DNA of 14,261 nucleotides from a virus: the UHGV virus genome UHGV-0074784. One strand, written 5' to 3'. The notes below the pieces were generated by a model. The model was not told where the DNA came from. It made no database searches and saw only the letters and a list, made by a program, of their open reading frames with translations. Below, piece by piece: positions 1 through 7,251 of the stretch. Every line of letters starts with the position of its first letter. Position 1 is the stretch's first letter. The translations under genes and the position numbers were made by a program.

Positions 1-1
1 T

Positions 2-787
2 TCTTTGTCGGTAAAAGTGGTCATTATGCTCCAGCCTCCGGTGCTTTTGGCATTAACGCGTAAGGCGCGTCGCCAGGGTAACCGCAATGCGTCGAATGTT
101 TATCAGCTTAACGTTGCGAAGCTTCAGGCAGCGGCATTTTCTCAACTGTCAGATTCTGACCCGTCAAAATCTGACGCATCAAAATCTGACCCGTCAAAAT
201 TTGATGCGTCGAAATCTGGCAAAAAAGCGGGTTTTCACCCGTCAGAATCTGGCGGGGATCCGTCAGTAAAATCAAAACATGATCCGTCAGATAAAAAACC
301 TTCTCGTCCGGACGCTTCGCAACCGGACACGCAGACGGATGAACAGGATTTTTTAACTCGCCATCCTGATGCGGTTGTATTCAGCCCTAAAAAGCGCCAG
401 TGGGGAACGCAGGATGATTTGACCTGCGCACAGTGGCTCTGGAAAAAAATCATCGCCCTGTACGAGCAAGCCGCCGAATGTGACGGCGAGGTGGTTCGTC
501 CCAAAGAACCGAACTGGACAGCCTGGGCAAACGAAATTCGCCTGATGTGTGTGCAGGATGGTCGTACTCACAAACAAATCTGCGAGATGTACAGCCGCGT
601 CAGCCGCGATCCGTTCTGGTGCCGTAACGTGCTCAGCCCGTCGAAGTTGCGGGAAAAATGGGATGAGCTTTCCCTGCGCTTATCGCCGTCCGTCAGCACG
701 CACACAGAAAAACGCGAAGACCCGTACTTCAAAGCCAGTTACGACAATGTGGACTACAGCCAGATCCCGGCGGGATTCAGGGGGTGA
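2..787 (+). CDS. Phage replication protein with DnaT-like (primosomal protein I-like) C-terminal domain; 5' end probably outside the window (alternatively starts at ATG 26)
   Basis: Frame is open from the window edge to the stop at 785-787. The C-terminus ...DYSQIPAGFRG closely resembles the E. coli DnaT C-terminus (...SQIPPGFRG) as I recall it. An S/D/K-rich low-complexity linker is encoded by tandem repeats. Position upstream of the nin/RusA region fits a lambdoid replication module. Confidence 0.6.
   Translation, partial: SLSVKVVIMLQPPVLLALTRKARRQGNRNASNVYQLNVAKLQAAAFSQLSDSDPSKSDASKSDPSKFDASKSGKKAGFHPSESGGDPSVKSKHDPSDKKPSRPDASQPDTQTDEQDFLTRHPDAVVFSPKKRQWGTQDDLTCAQWLWKKIIALYEQAAECDGEVVRPKEPNWTAWANEIRLMCVQDGRTHKQICEMYSRVSRDPFWCRNVLSPSKLREKWDELSLRLSPSVSTHTEKREDPYFKASYDNVDYSQIPAGFRG
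155..214 (+). repeat. Tandem ~15-bp repeat units (TCTGACCCGTCAAAA-like), including a perfect 16-bp direct repeat (155-170 and 185-200) and a perfect 11-bp inverted repeat (173-183 and 200-210), inside the replication gene; iteron-like
   Basis: Read directly: TCTGACCCGTCAAAAT occurs twice 30 bp apart; GACGCATCAAA is the reverse complement of TTTGATGCGTC. Further CCGTCAG-containing copies follow at about 236, 259 and 281, then an A-rich stretch. Confidence 0.55.
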
Positions 788-789
788 TC

Positions 790-1278
790 ATGAGTCTTTT
801 GAATGACGTTCAGAAATTCATTGAAGCCCATCCGGGCTGTTCTTCCGGAGACATTGCGGATGCTTTTGCAGGTTACTCACGGCTGCGCGTTCTGCAGTCA
901 GCAAGCAAGTTACGTCAGAGTGGGCGTGTGGCTCACCGTTGTGAAGGAGATACACGCAGACATTTCCCGCGCCTGACTGAGAGAGCGCAGGAGCCGGAAC
1001 CACAACCAGTTCGTGAAACCAGACCTGTGCGCAATTTCTATGTCGGCACTAACGATCCCCGGGTGATTTTGTGCCTGACCCGCCAGGCTGAAGAACTGGA
1101 GTCCAGGGGCTTATACCGTCGTGCTGCAACGGTGTGGATGGCGGCATTCCGTGAAAGCCACTCCCAGCCAGAACGAAACAATTTTCTGGCGCGTCGTGAG
1201 CAGTGCTTACAGAAAAGCAGCAAGCGCGCTGCATCGGGTGAAGAGTGGTATCTGTCAGGGAATTACGTGGGGGCGTAA
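790..1278 (+). CDS. Putative regulatory protein: N-terminal winged-helix-like region plus C-terminal PerC/Pch-like segment (tentative)
   Basis: ORF 784-1278; ATG at 790 preceded by a GGGGG Shine-Dalgarno-like run at 779-783. The C-terminal motif LESRGLYRRAATVWMAAF resembles the GLWRRAA..W signature I associate with PerC-family regulators in prophages. The start overlaps the upstream stop (translational coupling). Confidence 0.4.
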   Translation: MSLLNDVQKFIEAHPGCSSGDIADAFAGYSRLRVLQSASKLRQSGRVAHRCEGDTRRHFPRLTERAQEPEPQPVRETRPVRNFYVGTNDPRVILCLTRQAEELESRGLYRRAATVWMAAFRESHSQPERNNFLARREQCLQKSSKRAASGEEWYLSGNYVGA

Positions 1279-1604
1279 TGACGACGTTAACTCAATGCCA
1301 GCATCAGGTGCTGGATATGCTGATTTCTTACCAGAAAGAGCGTGGCTTTCCGCCAACCAATCAGGAGGTGGCAACCATGCTGGGATACCGTTCAGTGAAT
1401 GCAGCGGTAGAGCATCTTCGTGCACTGGAGAAAAAAGGCGTCATCACGATAAAGCGTGGCGTGGCCCGGGGGATCACGCTTCATACCACAGTGAAGGACG
1501 ACGACAGCGAGGCAGCCGGGATTATCCGCGCACTGCTTGCCGGTGAGGAAAACGCCAGACTGCGTGCAGCCCACTGGTTACATGAGAGGGGCCTGAAAGT
1601 ATGA
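1278..1604 (+). CDS. LexA-like N-terminal DNA-binding-domain protein lacking the S24 peptidase domain
   Basis: LTQCQHQVLDMLISYQKERGFPPTNQEVATMLGYRSVNAAVEHLRALEKKGVITIKRGVARGITL aligns by eye with the LexA N-terminal domain (LT..Q.EV...I......G.[37 protein letters not shown]). The protein is only ~108 aa, with no Ser/Lys peptidase domain or Ala-Gly cleavage region. ATG at 1278 overlaps the upstream stop (TAATG). Confidence 0.7.
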   Translation: MTTLTQCQHQVLDMLISYQKERGFPPTNQEVATMLGYRSVNAAVEHLRALEKKGVITIKRGVARGITLHTTVKDDDSEAAGIIRALLAGEENARLRAAHWLHERGLKV

Positions 1605-1990
1605 AGCTGATCCTGCCTTTCCCGCCCAGCGTGAACACGTACTGGCGACACCCCAACAAAGGGGCGTTTGCTGGTAAGAGTCTGATAAGCGCAGCGGGGC
1701 GCAAATTCCAGAGCGCGGCATGCGCAGCAATAGTTGAGCAGTTACGTCGTCTGCCGAAACCAACGTCGGCACCTGCTTCAGTGGAGATCGTGTTGTTTCC
1801 TCCGGATAACCGGATCCGCGATCTGGACAACTATAACAAGGCGCTGTTTGACGCCCTGACCCACGCGGGTGTGTGGGAAGACGACAGACAGGTGAAAAGA
1901 ATGCTGGTGGAGTGGGGACCGGTTATCCCGGAAGGGAAGGTCGAGATCACTATCAGTAAGTATGAGAAACCGGCGGGTGCAGCCGCCTGA
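1601..1990 (+). CDS. rusA: RusA-family Holliday junction resolvase (crossover junction endodeoxyribonuclease)
   Basis: 129 aa with the characteristic N-terminus MKLILPFPPSVNTYW and acidic residues (DLDNYNKALFDAL) typical of RusA. ATGA start/stop overlap with the upstream gene. Canonical nin-region position. Confidence 0.9.
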   Translation: MKLILPFPPSVNTYWRHPNKGAFAGKSLISAAGRKFQSAACAAIVEQLRRLPKPTSAPASVEIVLFPPDNRIRDLDNYNKALFDALTHAGVWEDDRQVKRMLVEWGPVIPEGKVEITISKYEKPAGAAA

Positions 1991-2009
1991 TTAAGAGGAG
2001 AAACGAAGT

Positions 2010-2807
2010 ATGAATAATCTGATGGTTATTGATGGTATTGAAGTTCGTCGTGATGCTTATGGGCGTTACAGCCTGAACGATCTGCACAGGGCTGCCGGTT
2101 CTCTGGATAAGCATAAGCCTGCATTCTGGCTCCGCAATGAGCAAGCTGAACGTTTAATAAGCGAGTTGCAGATTTGCAACTCGGTCAATATAGAGCCAGT
2201 TAACGTTATTCGTGGCGGAAATAACCAGGGGACGTATGTCTGCAAAGAACTGGTGTATGCCTATGCAATGTGGATCAGCCCGTCATTCCATCTGAAGGTG
2301 ATCCGTACTTTCGATATGGTAACCAGCACACCGGAAAAATTATCCGGGCAGGCTGCTGACAAGATGCAGGCTGGCGTGATCCTGCTGGACTTTATGCGCC
2401 GGGAATTAAACCTGTCTAACTCATCAGTGCTTGGTGCCTGTCAGAAACTCCAGGAGGCTGTTGGCTTACCGAATCTGGCACCGCGCTATGCCATTGATGC
2501 TCCTGCTGATGCACACGATGGCTCAAGTCGCCCGACACTGTCACTGAGTGCACTGCTGAAACAGTATGGTATCCGCCTGACGGCTAATCAGGCATATCAC
2601 CAGATGGTGAAACTGGGGATCGTCGAGCAGCGCGAACGATACAGCCGTACCGCGATTAACAACATCAAAAAATTCTGGTCGCTGACAGCGAAAGGTTGCA
2701 TGTTCGGCAAGAACATCACCAGTCCCGCAAATCCGCGTGAGACGCAGCCGCATTTCTTCGAATCCCGATTCCCTGAGCTGTTAAAGCTGCTCGATACCGT
2801 TCATTGA
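2010..2807 (+). CDS. KilA-N domain protein (antirepressor-like) with an uncharacterised C-terminal domain
   Basis: N-terminal ~100 aa (IEVRRDAYGRYSLNDLHRAAG...KPAFWLRNEQAERLISEL) matches the KilA-N pattern. Strong RBS AGGAG at 1994-1998 upstream of the ATG. Confidence 0.75.
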   Translation: MNNLMVIDGIEVRRDAYGRYSLNDLHRAAGSLDKHKPAFWLRNEQAERLISELQICNSVNIEPVNVIRGGNNQGTYVCKELVYAYAMWISPSFHLKVIRTFDMVTSTPEKLSGQAADKMQAGVILLDFMRRELNLSNSSVLGACQKLQEAVGLPNLAPRYAIDAPADAHDGSSRPTLSLSALLKQYGIRLTANQAYHQMVKLGIVEQRERYSRTAINNIKKFWSLTAKGCMFGKNITSPANPRETQPHFFESRFPELLKLLDTVH

Positions 2808-2808
2808 G

Positions 2809-3810
2809 GTGACCGTGAGAGCACTACTGACCCCTGAAATTGCCCCGTGTATGGGGATCGTATTGTTCAGGCCAGGTTCAGAGCTGATGCCCCTGTTTAT
2901 GCAGGGGCGTGTCCTGCTGGAGCCTGAGCCGGAACGTTATTCATCTTTCGCCAGTGGTGCCGTTCCGGCGGCATCACAACCGCTGGCGGATGATCCTGCC
3001 GTTCGGGCCGTGTTCCGCAATGAGGCAGTGATCCGTCGTGCTGGTGGCGTGGAATGTCTTGAAAGCTGGTTACTTCGTGAAAAAGGCTGCCAGTGGCCTC
3101 ATTCCGACTGGCACAGCGAGAACATGACCACAATGCGGCACGCGCCGGGCGCAATCCGTCTGTGCTGGCACTGCGATAACCAGTTGCGCGATCAGTTCAC
3201 GGAACGGCTGGAATCAATGGCAACGGATAACTGTGCCCGCTGGGTGTTATCTGTTGTGCGCCGTGATCTCGGTTTTGATGATAGTCACGTTGTGACAATG
3301 CCGGAACTGTGCTGGTGGCTGGTTCGTAATGACCTGGCGGATGCCTTACCGGAAAGTGCAGCCCGTAAGGCACTGAGATTACCGAAGCCTGTTGTGCCGT
3401 CTGTTACCCGGGAAAGTGACCTTGTGCCTTCGGTTCCTGCCACCAGCATCATCCAGGATAAAGCGAAAAAGGTGCTGGCGCTGAAAGTGGATCCGGAGTC
3501 GCCGGAGTCTTTTATGTTACGCCCAAAACGTCGCCGCTGGGTTAATGAAAAGTACACGCGCTGGGTTAAGACACAGCCGTGTGCATGTTGTGGAAAGCCT
3601 GCTGATGATCCCCACCACCTGACAGGTCACGGTCAGGGTGGAATGGGAACAAAAGCGCATGACCTCTTTGTGTTGCCTTTGTGCAGAAAGCATCACGACG
3701 AGCTGCATGCGGATACCGTGGCATTTGAAGAGATGTATGGCTCCCAGCTGGAGCTGATATTTCGTTTTATCGATCGTGCGCTGGCGATCGGCGTAATTGC
3801 GACAGCTTAA
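2809..3810 (+). CDS. DUF968-family phage protein (YdfU-like) with C-terminal Cys/His HNH-like zinc-binding motif
   Basis: 333-aa ORF with GTG start. C-terminus CACCGKPADDPHHLTGHG...LPLCRKHHDELH has CxxC...HH...CxxHH spacing typical of DUF968/HNH-like proteins encoded next to Q in lambdoid prophages (Qin ydfU-like arrangement). Confidence 0.65.
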   Translation: MTVRALLTPEIAPCMGIVLFRPGSELMPLFMQGRVLLEPEPERYSSFASGAVPAASQPLADDPAVRAVFRNEAVIRRAGGVECLESWLLREKGCQWPHSDWHSENMTTMRHAPGAIRLCWHCDNQLRDQFTERLESMATDNCARWVLSVVRRDLGFDDSHVVTMPELCWWLVRNDLADALPESAARKALRLPKPVVPSVTRESDLVPSVPATSIIQDKAKKVLALKVDPESPESFMLRPKRRRWVNEKYTRWVKTQPCACCGKPADDPHHLTGHGQGGMGTKAHDLFVLPLCRKHHDELHADTVAFEEMYGSQLELIFRFIDRALAIGVIATA

Positions 3811-4521
3811 GTGTATGGAGCGCTGAGAAGTATGAATCAACAAGACTTGAATTTTGTCAGAATAGAACTACGTCGTGCGCTGTTTGACTTCTCTGGGGGG
3901 ACAAAAGGGCAGCTTGAGGCTTTCACTGAACACCCACCAGCAGACAAAAATGCCACTCCACGCCGTGGAATTCATCTTGTCGAACTCGAAGGTGATAAGG
4001 GACCACGCTTTGTTAACTCGCTTTCCGCGCCATTGTACGTGCAAGAAACACGTAGCCGCCCCAGGCCAATGCCGCCGATAAAAGATGTAGAATTTGAGTC
4101 CGCGCCGTGGCGTAGGGCAGTGTCCGCGCTTAGTGGATACCAGCAGGCTTGGTTGCGGTACTGTTACGGTTTTGACCTTAACTATACGCACCAGGTGATG
4201 ATGTGTGAATACGTCTGGAAGGCTTATCAGAAATGCTTGGGTAAAAACTCACTTCAGGAGCGCGTAGTAAAAAAACTAATAGGCCTAGTATGGCTTGCAG
4301 GACAGGAAATTGCTGCAACCCGAAACAATGAAACCTATAAAGACTACGCTGGTGCGGCGCTGGCCCGTATGGTTAGCGTTGACCGTTCGACATGGTTGCG
4401 CGTCTATTCAGGCCACTGGGCTGGGTTAAAGGCCGCTTTTACCCAGCTTGATGAGTCTGCGCTGGCCATGGCTCTTGAATACTATGAGGATGAAGAAGCT
4501 CTCAAAGTGGGAGAAATATGA
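3811..4521 (+). CDS. Putative late-gene antitermination protein Q (non-lambda Q family); true start may be ATG 3832
   Basis: Sits immediately upstream of an intergenic region with an intrinsic terminator and the lysis cassette, and downstream of the DUF968 gene (same order as ydfU-quuQ). Assignment is mainly positional; no clear zinc-finger motif as in lambda Q. Confidence 0.5.
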   Translation: MYGALRSMNQQDLNFVRIELRRALFDFSGGTKGQLEAFTEHPPADKNATPRRGIHLVELEGDKGPRFVNSLSAPLYVQETRSRPRPMPPIKDVEFESAPWRRAVSALSGYQQAWLRYCYGFDLNYTHQVMMCEYVWKAYQKCLGKNSLQERVVKKLIGLVWLAGQEIAATRNNETYKDYAGAALARMVSVDRSTWLRVYSGHWAGLKAAFTQLDESALAMALEYYEDEEALKVGEI

Positions 4522-4613
4522 CGTAAATTTCACTATCTCCTTCAAACGCGCTTGCAAAATACAACAAAATAAGCCATATTGGAAGCATGTTTGATATGTT
4601 GCCAAAGTTTTAT
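4522..4613 (+). promoter_or_regulatory. Putative late promoter / Q-utilisation (qut) region
   Basis: Positional inference only. TTGCAA at 4553-4558 is -35-like, but no clean -10 hexamer at 17 +/- 1 bp could be found by eye. Confidence 0.25.
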
Positions 4614-4640
4614 AAACCCGCCGACGAGCGGGTTTTTTGA
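4614..4640 (+). terminator. Rho-independent terminator (tR'-like) downstream of Q
   Basis: AAACCCGC-CGACGA-GCGGG followed by TTTTTT: 5-bp GC stem (4617-4621 / 4628-4632), 6-nt loop, T6 run at 4633-4638. Confidence 0.8.
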
Positions 4641-4714
4641 TATGCGACATAACCTATAACATTTTTTATAAAATAAAATATAATTGCTTTACCATTATCC
4701 TGTGAGTTGAGCAA

Positions 4715-5500
4715 ATGTATATATTTGAATTGACCAAACCTGGCAACTGGCTTGAAAGTGAAGACAAAGAGTGGTCTTGGAAAATAGAACGGCTTTTGGA
4801 CCATCTTGAATTTGCATTTTATGAGGCTAATGTTGCATTAAATTTATTTATGCAGCAGCAAAACAATCAAATAGAACAACAAGGGGTTTCGCAATTGCAA
4901 TGGGAAAAAGAAATGCAAGAACGAAGAACCATCGAAACACTAGTTCGTGAGGAGTTAGGTTTATCCCCTTTTGAGAATCCTGAAAACATACAATTTGAGG
5001 TGGACGCGAGGTTTAAACGAGAAAAGTGGAGTTCTGGTGAAATTCCACGTAGCCACAAACATTGTGTGATTTTTATTTATGCAAAATCTTTTCTTTATTC
5101 TCTTGATACTATTGATAAATTTATAAAGGTTATTTCGAATGAACCTTATGCTCCTGAGTCGATAAAAGCCCTACACGATCAGATAGGTAAAGATTTTCCT
5201 GATCTCAGAGGGGTTAGGAATTCAACTCAACACCTCGAAGATAGGGCTCGAGGGCTTGGCGCAGGGAGAGAACCGAAGCCTTTGAATCTCCAGCCTATAA
5301 GTAATACCTTCATAAATGCACCGCAAGGTGCTTTGATATTAAATAATCTGAATGGCACCAAATTCGGGTCAACTATGTCTGATGGTCACTATGGTGAAGT
5401 GGACATTTCACCTGAATCGTTATCAAAAATGCAAAGTATTGTTCAGGGCGTTCTTGACTCGTTTAAGTGGGTTGGTAATCAGCAACACTTACCAAGTTAA
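4715..5500 (+). CDS. Hypothetical AT-rich cargo (moron) protein, 261 aa, with an R-N-x3-H (HEPN-like) motif; candidate toxin or abortive-infection effector
   Basis: Long ORF in a visibly AT-rich island (about 30-43% GC in sampled 60-bp lines versus ~52% in flanking phage genes). VRNSTQHLEDR at about residues 168-178 fits the Rx4-6H HEPN signature with the typical polar residue after R. Flanked by terminators at 4614-4640 and 5523-5549. No signal peptide or TM segment apparent. Confidence 0.6.
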   Translation: MYIFELTKPGNWLESEDKEWSWKIERLLDHLEFAFYEANVALNLFMQQQNNQIEQQGVSQLQWEKEMQERRTIETLVREELGLSPFENPENIQFEVDARFKREKWSSGEIPRSHKHCVIFIYAKSFLYSLDTIDKFIKVISNEPYAPESIKALHDQIGKDFPDLRGVRNSTQHLEDRARGLGAGREPKPLNLQPISNTFINAPQGALILNNLNGTKFGSTMSDGHYGEVDISPESLSKMQSIVQGVLDSFKWVGNQQHLPS

Positions 5501-5522
5501 CTAAACTTAATTATTCATATTA

Positions 5523-5549
5523 AGGCTGCCATATGGCGGCCTTTTTATT
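5523..5549 (+). terminator. Rho-independent terminator downstream of moron A
   Basis: AGGCTGCC-ATAT-GGCGGCCT forms an 8-bp stem with one G-U wobble, followed by TTTTTATT. Confidence 0.7.
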
Positions 5550-5593
5550 CCCTTCACTTTTGAGAGGATTCACAGCAATTAAGAGGGGGCTAA

Positions 5594-5980
5594 ATGTCCG
5601 ATCCGATTTCCGGCACAGGGTTAGCTGCTGGAGTCCTGACAGGCGCTAGTGTTTATGGACTGCTGACCGGAACTGATTACGGTGTTGTATTTGGCGCATT
5701 TGCAGGGGCTGTATTCTACATCGCAACAGCAGCAGATCTGAGTTTATCGCGTCGACTGGCATATTTTATCGTGTCGTATATTGCCGGAATCCTTTGCTCT
5801 GGGTTGGTTGGCTCCAAGCTGGCAAACTTGACCGGATACAGTGATAAACCTCTGGATGCTATTGGTGCCGTAATCGTCTCTGCTTTAGCCGTTAAAATCC
5901 TGACGTTTCTGAATAACCAGGATATCGGTTCGCTGGTGGCGCTTATAACGCGCCGGGGAGGTTCAGGTGGAGCTAAATGA
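5594..5980 (+). CDS. Phage holin (multi-TM small membrane protein)
   Basis: 128 aa, glycine/alanine-rich hydrophobic segments (GLAAGVLTGASVYGLLTG, VVFGAFAGAVFYIATAA, IVSYIAGILCSGLVG), charged C-terminus. RBS AAGAGGGGG upstream. Immediately precedes the endolysin. Confidence 0.7.
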   Translation: MSDPISGTGLAAGVLTGASVYGLLTGTDYGVVFGAFAGAVFYIATAADLSLSRRLAYFIVSYIAGILCSGLVGSKLANLTGYSDKPLDAIGAVIVSALAVKILTFLNNQDIGSLVALITRRGGSGGAK

Positions 5981-6248
5981 CCCGACAGCAACTATAAATG
6001 CGCTGTTATGTGCTTGTGTTGTTATTACTCTGATGTTTTATCGTCGTGGTGATTCGCGGCATCGTCCTTGGGTTTCACGTTTAGCCTGGCTGATTACTGT
6101 TACATACAGTGCTGTTCCGTTGGCCTATCTCTGTGGGATTTATCCCCATTCCTCATGGCCCATTATCGTGGCGAATACTATTTTTCTTTCCGTGCTGGTG
6201 GCCGTCAGAGGCAACGTTGCACGTCTGGTTGATCATCTGAGGCACTAA
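5967..6248 (+). CDS. Second small membrane protein of the lysis cassette (holin/antiholin-like)
   Basis: 93 aa with GTG start preceded by GGGGAGG; two or three hydrophobic segments (LLCACVVITLMFY, LAWLITVTYSAVPLAYLCGI, IIVANTIFLSVLVAV). Overlaps the upstream holin end and the endolysin start. Confidence 0.5.
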   Translation: MELNDPTATINALLCACVVITLMFYRRGDSRHRPWVSRLAWLITVTYSAVPLAYLCGIYPHSSWPIIVANTIFLSVLVAVRGNVARLVDHLRH

Positions 6249-6862
6249 TGAACCAACAATTATTTCAAAAGGCGGCTGGTATTAGCGCCGGGCTGGCTGC
6301 GCGCTGGTTTCCGCACATTGATGCGGCGATGAAGGAATTCGGCATTACAGCACCAGCGGATCAGGCAATGTTTATCGCTCAGGTAGGCCATGAGTCGATG
6401 GGGTTTAGCGCCGTAGTTGAAAATTTTAACTACACACCATCTGCGCTGGTGGCGTCGTTCGGAAAGAGGATTACACAGCAGCAGGCTGATGCCCTTGGCA
6501 GAACATCCGGACATGCAGCTCGTCAGGATGCTATTGCCAATCTTGTGTATAGCAACCGACTGGGTAACAAAGCACCAGGTGATGGCTGGAAATATCGTGG
6601 TAGAGGATTAATTCAAATCACTGGCCTCCATAATTATCGCATCTGTGGCGCGGCGCTGAAGTTAGATCTGGTGACTTCACCTGAACAACTGGAACAGGAG
6701 CTACAGGCCGCGCGCTCAGCTGCATGGTTCTACACCTCTAAAGGTTGCATGGTCTACGGTACCGATATTAATCGTGTTACGCGCATCATTAACGGCGGTC
6801 TGAACGGTATTGAGGATCGTAAGGTTCGATACAACAAGGCGCGGGCGGCGCTGCTGGTATGA
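6248..6862 (+). CDS. Endolysin, glycoside hydrolase family 19 (chitinase-like lysozyme)
   Basis: 204 aa with motifs typical of GH19 phage endolysins (FIAQVGHESMGF, YRGRGLIQITGLHNY, INGGLNG). TAATG start/stop coupling with the preceding gene. Confidence 0.85.
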   Translation: MNQQLFQKAAGISAGLAARWFPHIDAAMKEFGITAPADQAMFIAQVGHESMGFSAVVENFNYTPSALVASFGKRITQQQADALGRTSGHAARQDAIANLVYSNRLGNKAPGDGWKYRGRGLIQITGLHNYRICGAALKLDLVTSPEQLEQELQAARSAAWFYTSKGCMVYGTDINRVTRIINGGLNGIEDRKVRYNKARAALLV

Positions 6863-7251
6863 AGATGAGTTATTGGGCGCTCATTTTAACGTTTATTGCT
6901 TGTATTGCTGGTGGTCTTGTTTGGTCAGCGAATCACTATCATGGAAAGTTTCTGGAGGAGCAGAAGCGTGCTGACGCTGCGGAACAGCGAGCTGATTCTA
7001 CTGAGGCTATCACCGCGAATGTTCTGCGTACTATGGCAATAACGAACATCATTCAGGAGGCGAATCAATATGCAAAACAGCAGATCGCACTGGAGTCACA
7101 GAGAACCCAGGAAGATATCAAAGTGGCTGTTGCGGATGATGATTGTGCTTCACGTCCTGTGCCTGCTGCCGCTGCTGACCGGTTGCGGAAGTACGCGAAC
7201 AGTTTACGTGAGCATTCCGAAGACTCCACTACCAGTCAGCTTGACTTCTGA
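6859..7251 (+). CDS. i-spanin (Rz-like)
   Basis: 130 aa with N-terminal TM helix (YWALILTFIACIAGGLVW) followed by a charged, coiled-coil-like periplasmic domain. ATGA overlap with the endolysin stop. Contains the start of an out-of-frame lipoprotein ORF. Confidence 0.7.
   Translation: MKMSYWALILTFIACIAGGLVWSANHYHGKFLEEQKRADAAEQRADSTEAITANVLRTMAITNIIQEANQYAKQQIALESQRTQEDIKVAVADDDCASRPVPAAAADRLRKYANSLREHSEDSTTSQLDF

Noticed and set aside
87-269. 60-aa + strand ORF in an alternative frame within the replication gene
   Set aside because: It lies entirely inside the repeat region of the longer DnaT-like ORF and its translation is repetitive nonsense (QNLT repeats), so it is a frame artefact of the tandem repeats.
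155-300. Possible CRISPR array suggested by regularly spaced repeats
   Set aside because: Units are only ~15 bp, degenerate and contiguous without spacers, and lie inside a protein-coding frame; this is not CRISPR architecture.
4522-4714. tRNA genes between Q and the cargo gene, as seen in some Stx phages
   Set aside because: The interval is short, very AT-rich and shows no cloverleaf-compatible GC-rich stems apart from the terminator hairpin.
4715-5500. Shiga toxin or other AB5 toxin at the Q-to-holin locus
   Set aside because: The position matches the stx locus, but there is a single ORF with no signal peptide and no A/B subunit pair, so only the location is analogous.
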